From Oscillospiraceae bacterium UBA4632 (GTDB taxonomy: Bacteria; Bacillota; Clostridia; Oscillospirales; Oscillospiraceae), in NCBI GenBank assembly GCA_002405995.1, contig DHMW01000122.1:21791-84518 (forward strand): 62,728 nt of DNA, written 5' to 3'. The notes under the pieces were generated by a model that saw only the letters and a program-made list of their open reading frames with translations, made no database searches and had not been told where the DNA came from. Positions within the stretch are counted from its first letter, which is position 1; each line of letters opens with the position of its first letter. A program made the translations under genes and the position numbers. This document shows positions 18,271 to 26,299 of the stretch, one piece after another.

Positions 18271-18663
18271 TTGACGCTTACGGAATTAAATCAGCACCTT
18301 GAGCTGCTGAAAACGCTCTCGGCGACAAAAGAAATGCTGCAATCTTTGCGCGATGCGGCTTACCCCGGCGCAGCTGTGATTACAGGCATGCCCCACACGC
18401 CCGGCGTCAAGGATAAGGTCGGCGACCTCGCATCAGAAATCGCAGACGCAGAATCAGATCTGGAGCAGATTGAGCGGCAGGTCAAAGCCAGTGAGGAGCT
18501 GATCGCACCGTTCATTTTCGCAATAGACGACGTGCAAACGCGCTTCATCTTCCGGCTGCGCTTCCTGCGGGGGCTGACGTGGAAAGAGGTCGCAGCGGTC
18601 GTAGGAGGCCGTAATTCGGAAGAATCGGTGAAGATGGTGTGTTACCGCTACCTCGGCTCTTAA
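18271..18663 (+). CDS. Late transcriptional activator (RinA/ArpU-like, sigma region-4-type HTH)
   Basis: ITGMPH...DKVGDLA...RFIFRLRFLRGLTWKEVA; last gene of the early/middle operon. Confidence 0.7.
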   Translation: MTLTELNQHLELLKTLSATKEMLQSLRDAAYPGAAVITGMPHTPGVKDKVGDLASEIADAESDLEQIERQVKASEELIAPFIFAIDDVQTRFIFRLRFLRGLTWKEVAAVVGGRNSEESVKMVCYRYLGS

Positions 18664-18667
18664 AAGC

Positions 18668-18728
18668 TGTTACGCGCTGTTGCAACGTGTTACTTGCTGT
18701 TTTGCGAACATAGGAGTATGGTTAAACT
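18668..18728 (+). promoter_or_regulatory. Putative activator-dependent late promoter
   Basis: TGTT(A/G/T)(C/T) repeated with 10-bp period at 18668, 18678, 18688 and 18698, just after the activator gene; -10-like TAAACT at 18723. Confidence 0.55.
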
Positions 18729-18749
18729 CGTAAAATCCTACATAAGCCA

Positions 18750-18829
18750 GACGGTCGTCCCGAAAGGGATGGCCGTCATTCTTTTTGGAAAGGAGGCTGT
18801 GGCCCCGCGTTGCTCCTTTGCGCGAGGTC
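18750..18829 (+). ncRNA. Two-hairpin leader motif, copy 1
   Basis: 12-bp stem ending CCC-GAAA-GGG plus a U-tract, then a hairpin with TTGCTCCTTT loop; similar to 26105-26178. Confidence 0.45.
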
Positions 18830-18896
18830 TGGTCTGGGCGGGTATCGGATCGCCACCGATGCCGGCAGCAGGCACAATCACAAAGGAGGAAGCGAT

Positions 18897-19898
18897 ATGT
18901 TTGTCGCTATCAAGAAGAAATTCAAAAACAATCCCCTGCTGTACTACGCACTGAGTATCTGTGCGACATGGGCGGGTATCGGATCGCTGATGAACGGCGT
19001 GGCCATGACGCAGACCTATGGGATTATCCCATCCCTGATCTGGGTACTCGGCAACTCGTTCGCCTGCGTCCTGTTCGGGCTGGTCGCCTTAAAAATTCCG
19101 AAGGTGCGGGAAGTGTTCTGCTCCAAACCTATGATGTGGGCTTGCGGCGTCATGTGCATCTTCCAGTCGTGGTTATCCATGAACGGGATGCAGACGGTCT
19201 TTGCCGATACCGCGCTGGGCGCGTCCGGAGGAACGTGGATTGCGTATGCCATCGCGGTCTTTTTCCTCGTTATCCTGCTCCGCTTTGGCATGATCCGCAA
19301 CGTCCTGACGGATGGCTTCGGCTGGCTCGTGGTCTATGCGTTGGCCGTCGTGGTTACGGTCGCGGCGCTGATCCATTCCCGCGGACACCTGAACGTGATA
19401 GGCCTCGGCCTTGAGCCGGAGAATATGAAAGCCGGTATCTGGAAAGCGTTCCTGCTGCTGCCTGGCCCGTTCACCTATCCGTACTTCTTCCGCATTCTGG
19501 ACTACAACGAAAAGAATGCCGAGGGCGTGCAGAAGGTGGACACGCAGCGCGCCTTTGCGCTGGGCGGTCTGTTCTTCGGCATCTATATGGCAATCACCTT
19601 CCTGCTGGCGTGGGCGCAATTTACCCCCGCGCTGAGCCTGCTCAAAGCCGTGCTGATTACCCTGATCGGGACATCTACGCTGTCGAGTGCCATGTACAGC
19701 ATTTATATTGCATTCGGCAGGTGGCTCGGCCTGTGTGTCAACCTCGGACTGGTCCTGCTGTGGCACATCCTGATTCCGCTCGGCGTGATGGGAATGTGGA
19801 CGCTGATGGCGTCGGTGCGCATTTACTTCGTCGGTGTCGGCATTCTCGCTGCATTGGTCTGGCACTGCGCTGAGAAGCGAAAGGCGGTGCGCGCATGA
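18897..19898 (+). CDS. Multi-pass membrane protein, sodium:solute-symporter-like
   Basis: 333 aa, about 10 hydrophobic segments, ALSICATWAGIGSL motif; SD AAAGGAGG. Confidence 0.6.
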   Translation: MFVAIKKKFKNNPLLYYALSICATWAGIGSLMNGVAMTQTYGIIPSLIWVLGNSFACVLFGLVALKIPKVREVFCSKPMMWACGVMCIFQSWLSMNGMQTVFADTALGASGGTWIAYAIAVFFLVILLRFGMIRNVLTDGFGWLVVYALAVVVTVAALIHSRGHLNVIGLGLEPENMKAGIWKAFLLLPGPFTYPYFFRILDYNEKNAEGVQKVDTQRAFALGGLFFGIYMAITFLLAWAQFTPALSLLKAVLITLIGTSTLSSAMYSIYIAFGRWLGLCVNLGLVLLWHILIPLGVMGMWTLMASVRIYFVGVGILAALVWHCAEKRKAVRA

Positions 19899-20500
19899 GG
19901 ACGGTCACGAAACTGCTCTCCGAGCTGAAACGCCCTGAGAGAAACGTGCGTATGCACACCGACAAGCAGCTGACGGAATTCCGGCGCTCGGTCGAAATGT
20001 TCGGCCAGATCCGCCCCATCGTCATTGACGAGAACAACGTCATGCTCGCCGGCAACGGCCTGTATGAAACGCTGCTCTCCATGGGGCGCACTGAAGCGGA
20101 CTGCTACGTGGTCGAAGGCCTGACTGAAAACGAGAAGAAAAAGCTCATGTTGGCCGACAACCGAATTTTCGATTTGGGCGTTGACGACATGAAAGCCTTT
20201 GACGAGTTCATCGCGGAGCTGGGCGACGATCTGGACGTGCCTGGCTTCGACGACGAGTTGCTGCGCTCGCTGGTTGCGAATGAAGCGGAGATTGACGAGA
20301 TGATGTCCTCCTACGGTCTGATCACCGAGGACAAGAAGGAGGAAATCGCCGGTGCGGCTGAAACATACCGCAAGGCAGAAGCCGAACGCGCCGCGCAGCC
20401 GGAGCCTGCTCCTGATGCTGCTGCGGTGAGCGCCGAAGCGGCGCAGCCTGTCGGCAAATATGTCGTCTGCCCGAAGTGCGGTGAAAAGATATGGCTGTAA
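19895..20500 (+). CDS. ParB/Srx-like N-terminal domain protein with terminal Zn ribbon
   Basis: NVRMH...SVEMFGQIRPIVIDE...LAGNG...LADNR; C-terminal CPKCG. Confidence 0.8.
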   Translation: MRTVTKLLSELKRPERNVRMHTDKQLTEFRRSVEMFGQIRPIVIDENNVMLAGNGLYETLLSMGRTEADCYVVEGLTENEKKKLMLADNRIFDLGVDDMKAFDEFIAELGDDLDVPGFDDELLRSLVANEAEIDEMMSSYGLITEDKKEEIAGAAETYRKAEAERAAQPEPAPDAAAVSAEAAQPVGKYVVCPKCGEKIWL

Positions 20501-21651
20501 AGAGAGCGCTCGGCTCCATGAGCTGCGTCGACGCTGCGCGCCTGCGTGTGCGCAATGTGTTCTCCAACGGCGTCAAGGTCTACCTGAGCCTGTCCGGCGG
20601 CAAAGATTCCATCTGCATGGCGGATGTGGTCTATAAGCTGATTCAGCGCGGAGAGATCGACGCCCGGCAGCTCACCTGCCTTTTCATCGACGAGGAAGCG
20701 ATCTATGACTGCTCCATCGACGCAATGAAGTTCTGGCGGAAGAAGTTCCTCATGGCCGGAGCTAAGTTCAACTGGTATTGCCTGCCCTTGAAACAGGTGT
20801 CCTGCTTCAACCAGCTCACCAATGACGAGAGCTGGGTCACATGGGAGCCTGGCAAGGAAAGCGTGTGGGTGCGAAAGCCCCCTCCCTTCGCCATCACGTC
20901 AAGTCCGTACATGACCGAAGCGGGCAGCATGAATTATCAGAGCTTTCTTCCGCGCATCACAAAGGATGGCATTATGCTGACCGGCGTGCGCGCAGCGGAA
21001 TCGGTGCAGCGGCTGCAATATATGAGCTCGCTAAACCTTGGCTTTCAGGGCATCACCGGCACCAACACCATCTATCCGATCTACGATTGGAGCGACAACG
21101 ATGTGTGGATGTATATCCGCGACAACCATCTGGACATCCCAGAAGCCTATTTGTGGATCTATCAGGCAGGCGAAAACCGGCATTCTCTGCGCATCTCCAA
21201 TTTCTTCGCCTGCGATTCTCTGCGTGGTCTGAAGCACGTTGCCGAAACAGACCCCGACCTCTGGCGCAGGATAGAGCTGCGCGAGCCGAACGCATACCTG
21301 ACCCTGCTCTACTGGGACACGGAATGGTACAAGCGCAGCTCGCGCACCCGGCGCAAAAACGAGGCTGCCGACAACCGCGATTATAAAGAGCTGGTCCGGA
21401 AGATGCTCTTTGAGGACTTCGACCGCCATTTCACCAACAGCACTACCCGCCACGTCGCCATTCAGTATCGCCGCTGCTACACCAAGGTGGACGGCGTAGC
21501 CCGGCCGCGCGACTACAAGCAGATGCACGATGCACTTGTCGCGGGCGACCCCAAGCTGCGCACCCTTCGCGCTGTATATCAGAACGTCTATGGCGCCTAC
21601 GCTGAGTACGCCAAGAAGTTCCGCGTGGAAGGGGGTGAAACACATGGCTGA
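20491..21651 (+). CDS. PAPS-reductase-like (PP-loop) protein, IbrA-like
   Basis: SLSGGKDS, FIDEE, GVRAAESVQR, YPIYDWSDNDVW, LRIS motifs. Confidence 0.85.
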   Translation: MAVKRALGSMSCVDAARLRVRNVFSNGVKVYLSLSGGKDSICMADVVYKLIQRGEIDARQLTCLFIDEEAIYDCSIDAMKFWRKKFLMAGAKFNWYCLPLKQVSCFNQLTNDESWVTWEPGKESVWVRKPPPFAITSSPYMTEAGSMNYQSFLPRITKDGIMLTGVRAAESVQRLQYMSSLNLGFQGITGTNTIYPIYDWSDNDVWMYIRDNHLDIPEAYLWIYQAGENRHSLRISNFFACDSLRGLKHVAETDPDLWRRIELREPNAYLTLLYWDTEWYKRSSRTRRKNEAADNRDYKELVRKMLFEDFDRHFTNSTTRHVAIQYRRCYTKVDGVARPRDYKQMHDALVAGDPKLRTLRAVYQNVYGAYAEYAKKFRVEGGETHG

Positions 21652-22165
21652 CATCGACATCTTCGCCCCGCTGGGCTCGCTGCAATGGGTAGACCGCGAT
21701 AAGCTCAAGCCCAATGACTACAACCCCAACAAGGTATCGGAAGAAAACCTCGACCTTCTCATTCGTTCCATTGAGACGAACGGCTGGACACTGCCCATCG
21801 TCGTTCGTCCTGATTTCACCATCATTGATGGTTTTCACCGCTGGACCGTCGCAGGGCGTGAGCCGCTGCATACGAAGCTCGGCGGTAAAGTGCCTGTCGT
21901 CATCGTCGCGCACACAGACGCGGCCGAAGATATGTACGGCACGATAACGCACAATCGCGCGCGTGGTACACACCTGCTCGAACCCATGAAAGCTATCGTG
22001 AAGAAGCTGCTCGCTGAGGGGAAGGACGTAAAAGAGATCGGGAAGCAACTCGGTATGCGGCCGGAGGAGGTATTCCGCTTGTCCGACTTCTCTAAGGACG
22101 AGTTTATCAACCTCATGGCCAAAGGCTCCACATACAGCAGAGCGCAAATCCTCACACGGGTGTGA
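21644..22165 (+). CDS. ParB-like nuclease domain protein, IbrB-like
   Basis: PNDYNPN.V...SI..NGWTLPIVV...IIDGFHRW...TITHNRARG.H...LGM.PEEV.RL. Confidence 0.85.
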   Translation: MADIDIFAPLGSLQWVDRDKLKPNDYNPNKVSEENLDLLIRSIETNGWTLPIVVRPDFTIIDGFHRWTVAGREPLHTKLGGKVPVVIVAHTDAAEDMYGTITHNRARGTHLLEPMKAIVKKLLAEGKDVKEIGKQLGMRPEEVFRLSDFSKDEFINLMAKGSTYSRAQILTRV

Positions 22166-22292
22166 CCTTGGCATGGCGCGTTCCAGCTCACAGGAGCGCG
22201 CAGGAGACAAGGAACGCATCGACGCAGGCGACGACACTACCCACGGCGGAAAACCCTGCCTGCGTGCCTCTGCGGCTGTTGCAACCGCAAAA

Positions 22293-22348
22293 AGGTACTG
22301 TGACGCCCCCGCCCCGTCTGTCGCGCGCTCGCCGACCCCGATTTTCAC
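22293..22348 (+). other. Putative cos packaging site
   Basis: AGGTACT...GCGCTCGCCGACCCCGATTTTCAC resembles lambda cosQ (GGGTCCT) and cosN (GGGCGGCGACCT-CGCGGGTTTTCGC) in sequence and spacing; upstream of Nu1/gpA-type terminase genes. Confidence 0.5.
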
Positions 22349-22392
22349 GTACTTAGTAGGGTAAAAATTTGGCGTTTCGTTACGCACCGACA

Positions 22393-22421
22393 TTGCTATT
22401 TGCGTTCCTTTGCTGTATAAT
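22393..22421 (+). promoter_or_regulatory. Promoter of the HNH gene
   Basis: TTGCTA, 17 bp, TATAAT. Confidence 0.55.
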
Positions 22422-22452
22422 TCAATTAGTTAGTGGCAAGGAGGGACGCAGA

Positions 22453-23076
22453 ATGAAGGACTTAACCGGGCAGCGATTTGGAAATCTCGTTGTTTTGGAG
22501 TTTGCTGGGAAGCAAGGGAACTTCGCAATGTGGAAATGCCGCTGTGACTGTGGCAACGAACATATTGCGAGAGGGTCAAACCTGCTTTCCGGACAGATAA
22601 AGTCATGCGGTTGTGGAGCAAAGCGAAACAGCTTGAAGCACGGAGAATCCCGTACAAGGCTCTATCGCATATGGTATGGGATTATTCGCAGAACAGAGGA
22701 CTGTAGCCGGAAAGAGTATAAGGACTACGGTGCACTGGGTGTTCGGATGTGTGATGAATGGCGCGAAAGCTATGAAGCGTTCAGGGCATGGGCGCTTGCC
22801 AACGGATACGATGATACTCTGAGCATCGACAGAATCGAATCCAATGGAAACTACGAGCCGAGTAATTGCCGTTGGGCGACCAAGTCCACGCAGGAAAACA
22901 ATAAAAGGGCAACTCATTTGTTGAGCATTGGCGGTGTGTCTAAGACACCTGCTGAGTGGTCGAAAATCAGCGGTATTCCTGCGTATCAGATTCGCCGCAG
23001 AAAAGCAAAGGGCTGGGATGACCAAAGGGCGGTATATGAGCCTTTGGACGTGAAACGCCAACATCCATTAAAATAA
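22453..23076 (+). CDS. HNH-type homing-endonuclease-like protein
   Basis: MKDLTGQRFG...WKCRCDCG...SCGC; LSIDRIESNGNYEPSNCRWAT..Q.NN; lower GC; has its own promoter and a downstream hairpin. Confidence 0.8.
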   Translation: MKDLTGQRFGNLVVLEFAGKQGNFAMWKCRCDCGNEHIARGSNLLSGQIKSCGCGAKRNSLKHGESRTRLYRIWYGIIRRTEDCSRKEYKDYGALGVRMCDEWRESYEAFRAWALANGYDDTLSIDRIESNGNYEPSNCRWATKSTQENNKRATHLLSIGGVSKTPAEWSKISGIPAYQIRRRKAKGWDDQRAVYEPLDVKRQHPLK

Positions 23077-23082
23077 TCTATG

Positions 23083-23111
23083 AAAGGCATCGGATTTCCC
23101 GGTGCCTTTTC
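23083..23111 (+). terminator. Intrinsic terminator-like hairpin after HNH
   Basis: AAAGGCATCGG-ATTTC-CCGGTGCCTTTTT. Confidence 0.55.
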
Positions 23112-23317
23112 GCTTACGCTGAGATGTGCGCAGATGCCTGAAAAGGCACTGCGCACTTTTCATACCACAGCGCGGTTGAGGTATACTGCGCTGGCCTCCT
23201 GTCTGAAATATAAGATCACAGCGGGATAAGGGTCTCGCGCAGAACTGCTGGCAGCAGCCTGTGTGCTCCGGTGCAATTCCGGTGAGTCCCGCGACAACAA
23301 GGAAAGGAGTTTGCTAT

Positions 23318-23878
23318 ATGGCTGAACAGGTGGAGAAGCTCTCCGACGAAACCGAGGTCAGCACCACGGAACTGGCCACAGTGCTGGGCGTGACAGCCCG
23401 GCGGGTGCAGCAGATGGCGCAGGACGGAACGCTGCCGACCGTGCGCAAGGGGCGCTTCCTGCTGGCTGAATCCGTTCAGCGATATATCAAGTTTCTTTCT
23501 GCCGAGCCGCTGGATGAGGAGGACCGGAAGCTCGAAAAGGCCCGCCGCGTGGCTGACGCGACCATCAAGACCTCCAAGGCGACGATCGCCAAGCTGGAAG
23601 CGGAGGAGCTGAAAGGATCGATGCACCGCGCAGAGGACGTCGCGGCCATGACAGAGGATTTGGTCTACACCATCCGCGGCGCGCTGAACGCCTTGCCCGG
23701 ACGGCTGGCCGTGGATACCGCGGCTGCGGCCACTCCGGCAGAAGCGTCCGAGGTCATCCGCAAAGAGGTCGGGAAGGTTATGCGCGAGCTGGCCGCCTAT
23801 CACTATGACCCCAAGAAGTATGAGGAGCGCGTGAGAGAGCGGCGCGACTGGTCGGAGCGTGACGCCGATGGCGAATAA
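23318..23878 (+). CDS. Terminase small subunit (Nu1-like)
   Basis: wHTH STTELATVLGVTARRVQQM, coiled coil; upstream of gpA. Confidence 0.8.
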   Translation: MAEQVEKLSDETEVSTTELATVLGVTARRVQQMAQDGTLPTVRKGRFLLAESVQRYIKFLSAEPLDEEDRKLEKARRVADATIKTSKATIAKLEAEELKGSMHRAEDVAAMTEDLVYTIRGALNALPGRLAVDTAAAATPAEASEVIRKEVGKVMRELAAYHYDPKKYEERVRERRDWSERDADGE

Positions 23879-25805
23879 CCGCGCAATCGCAATCGCGCGG
23901 CTGAACAAGGTCGTTGCAAAGGCGATGGCCGGAATGCTGCCGCCGGATGACCTGACCGTGACGGAATGGGCGGAGAAGAACCGCCGCCTGTCCGCCGAGA
24001 GCGCCGCCGAGCCCGGCCCATGGCGTACCGAGCGCACCCCTTATCTGCGCGAGCCGATGAACGCATGGACAGACCCAAAGGTGCGGCACATCGTTGTGGT
24101 GGCCGCGTCGCAGGTCGGCAAGTCCGAATTCCTGAACAACTGCATCGGCTACGTCATCGACCAGGACCCCGGCTCCATCCTTTTTGTGCATCCCACGACC
24201 ATTGACGCCAAGGAGTATTCCAAGCTCCGTATCGCGCCGATGATTCGCGACTGCCCCACGCTGCGCGCCAAGGTGGCCGAGGTCAAAAGCCGCGACAGCG
24301 GCAACACCATCCTGCAAAAGACCTACCCCGGCGGAATCCTTACGATGTGCGGCTCCACCGAGGCCCACGCCCTTGCGTCCAAGCCCATTCGCTATGTACT
24401 GGGCGACGAGCGCGACCGCTGGGCCACGAGCGCCGGCAACGAGGGCGACCCGTGGGGGCTGGCTATGGCGCGCCAGACCACCTTCTATAACGCGAAGTCC
24501 GGCGAGGTATCGACCCCGACGGTCAAGAACGCCAGCGCCATTGAAGCGTCCTTTTCGACCGGCACGATGGAGCGCTGGAAATCCTGCTGCCCGCACTGCG
24601 GCAAATACCACGAGATCAACTGGACGGATATCCGCTTTGACTACGACGAGAACCTTATCGCCGGTCACAAGACCTACAAGGTGCGGAATATCTATTACGT
24701 CTGCCCCAGCTGCGCGTGCGTGTCAACCGAATTGCAGATGAAGCGCGCACCGGCGCGCTGGGAAGCCGCGAACCCTGATGCCTATGAGCAGGGGACGCGG
24801 TCTTTTTGGCTCAATGCCTTTGTCAGCCAGTGGGCGACGTGGGAATCCATTATTCTCAAATACCTGAACGCCATCGGCAATACGAAAAAGATGCAGGTCG
24901 TCTATAACACCTGCTTCGGGCTGCTCTGGGAAGATCGCGGCGATTTGCAGGACGAAGACAGTTTGATGGCGCGGCGCGAGGAATACCCCGCCGAGCTGCC
25001 GGAGGGAACGCTGGTGCTGACTGCTGGCGTCGATACACAGGATGACCGCATGGAGTATGAGATCGTAGGCCACGGCAATTTCGGCGAGACATGGGGCATC
25101 GAAAAGGGCATTATCATGGGCCGCCCAGATGATGACGCCACATGGGACAAGCTGGACGATATAGTTTTCGACCGTGTGCTCCACTTTGAAAACGGTGTCG
25201 GTCTGAAAATGTCCATGTCCTTTGTCGATGAGGGCGGTCATTTTACGCAGGATGTGCGTATGCGCTGCCGCCAGCGCATCGGCAAGCATGTTTTCTGCAT
25301 TAAGGGCATACCGGGGCCTGACCGCCCCTATACCGCCCCGCCAAAGCAGATGAAGATTGTGGTGAATCAGGTAATTGTCGGCTACTGCTGGCAATACCAA
25401 ATCGGTGTCGATTCCGGAAAGCAAATCATTATGGATAATCTGGCCGTGCAGACGCCCGGCCAGAAATATTGTCATTTTCCCCTCCGTGACGATTACGGCA
25501 GCGCCTATTTCGCGGGGCTGCTATCGGAGCGGCTGGTATACAAGACCAACAAGCGGCAGCCGTGGGTGTGGGAGAAAATCCCCGGCCACGAGCGCAACGA
25601 GGCGCTGGACTGCCGCAACTACGCAATGGCGGCGTTTAAGGCGCTCCCGAAAGACCTTGATAAGATCGCAAGGATGCTCAAGGAAGCGGCTGCTGCGCGC
25701 GGCACAGGCGGCGTTGCAACAGCGCCGAGCGCCCCTTCCGAACCGGCCAGGCAACCGGCGCGGAGGAAAGCTCCGGCGCTGGAACGATATTACGACAATT
25801 GGTGA
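23868..25805 (+). CDS. Terminase large subunit, lambda gpA family
   Basis: GPWRTERTPYLREPM, ASQVGKSE, DERDRW, STPT, LTAGVDTQ, RNEALDC. Confidence 0.95.
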   Translation: MANNRAIAIARLNKVVAKAMAGMLPPDDLTVTEWAEKNRRLSAESAAEPGPWRTERTPYLREPMNAWTDPKVRHIVVVAASQVGKSEFLNNCIGYVIDQDPGSILFVHPTTIDAKEYSKLRIAPMIRDCPTLRAKVAEVKSRDSGNTILQKTYPGGILTMCGSTEAHALASKPIRYVLGDERDRWATSAGNEGDPWGLAMARQTTFYNAKSGEVSTPTVKNASAIEASFSTGTMERWKSCCPHCGKYHEINWTDIRFDYDENLIAGHKTYKVRNIYYVCPSCACVSTELQMKRAPARWEAANPDAYEQGTRSFWLNAFVSQWATWESIILKYLNAIGNTKKMQVVYNTCFGLLWEDRGDLQDEDSLMARREEYPAELPEGTLVLTAGVDTQDDRMEYEIVGHGNFGETWGIEKGIIMGRPDDDATWDKLDDIVFDRVLHFENGVGLKMSMSFVDEGGHFTQDVRMRCRQRIGKHVFCIKGIPGPDRPYTAPPKQMKIVVNQVIVGYCWQYQIGVDSGKQIIMDNLAVQTPGQKYCHFPLRDDYGSAYFAGLLSERLVYKTNKRQPWVWEKIPGHERNEALDCRNYAMAAFKALPKDLDKIARMLKEAAAARGTGGVATAPSAPSEPARQPARRKAPALERYYDNW

Positions 25806-25815
25806 GGTGAACCAC

Positions 25816-26073
25816 ATGGCAGATGCAGTTGAGCTGCGCGCGCGGTTGGACTTCCGGCAGCGGGCGCTTACCCGGCTGAGAGACGCTTATATCAAGCTGA
25901 TCGAGGGCGGCGTGAAAAGCTACATGATCGACGACCGGCAGCTCACAAAATTTGACCTCCCCGCGCTGAAAAAGGAAATTGAAGCGCTGGAGGACGAAAT
26001 CGATGAGCTGGAAGCGGCGCTGGCGAACACCCGCCCGCGCAAGGCATTCGGCGTGATTCCCCGCGACTGGTGA
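25816..26073 (+). CDS. Head-tail joining protein (gpW-like)
   Basis: Small protein between terminase and portal; GVKSYMIDDRQLTKFDL. Confidence 0.7.
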   Translation: MADAVELRARLDFRQRALTRLRDAYIKLIEGGVKSYMIDDRQLTKFDLPALKKEIEALEDEIDELEAALANTRPRKAFGVIPRDW

Positions 26074-26104
26074 CCTTTTTCGTGAGGTCACGAAAATGAT
26101 ACCG

Positions 26105-26178
26105 GCAAATCGCCCGAAAGGGCTTTTGCACCGCGCCGCCCGGCGGAATTTGCTCCTTTCGCTGCCGGGCAGCGCGGT
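26105..26178 (+). ncRNA. Two-hairpin leader motif, copy 2
   Basis: GCCC-GAAA-GGGC hairpin, then a 16-bp stem with one C.A mismatch and a loop containing TTGCTCCTTT. Confidence 0.45.
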
Positions 26179-26299
26179 TATAACCGCATCACGCGTGCGC
26201 TTTTTCCGCAAAAATGCACGCGTGCAATAGCAACACAGCAGGAATGCGCAACCGTGCGTTCCTGCTGTGTTTATTTTCACCCCATAGGAGGCGAAACGC

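Noticed and set aside
19895..22165. ParB-like genes as a plasmid partition system
   Set aside because: No ParA ATPase is adjacent, and the context (PP-loop enzyme, transporter) points to an IbrAB-like module.
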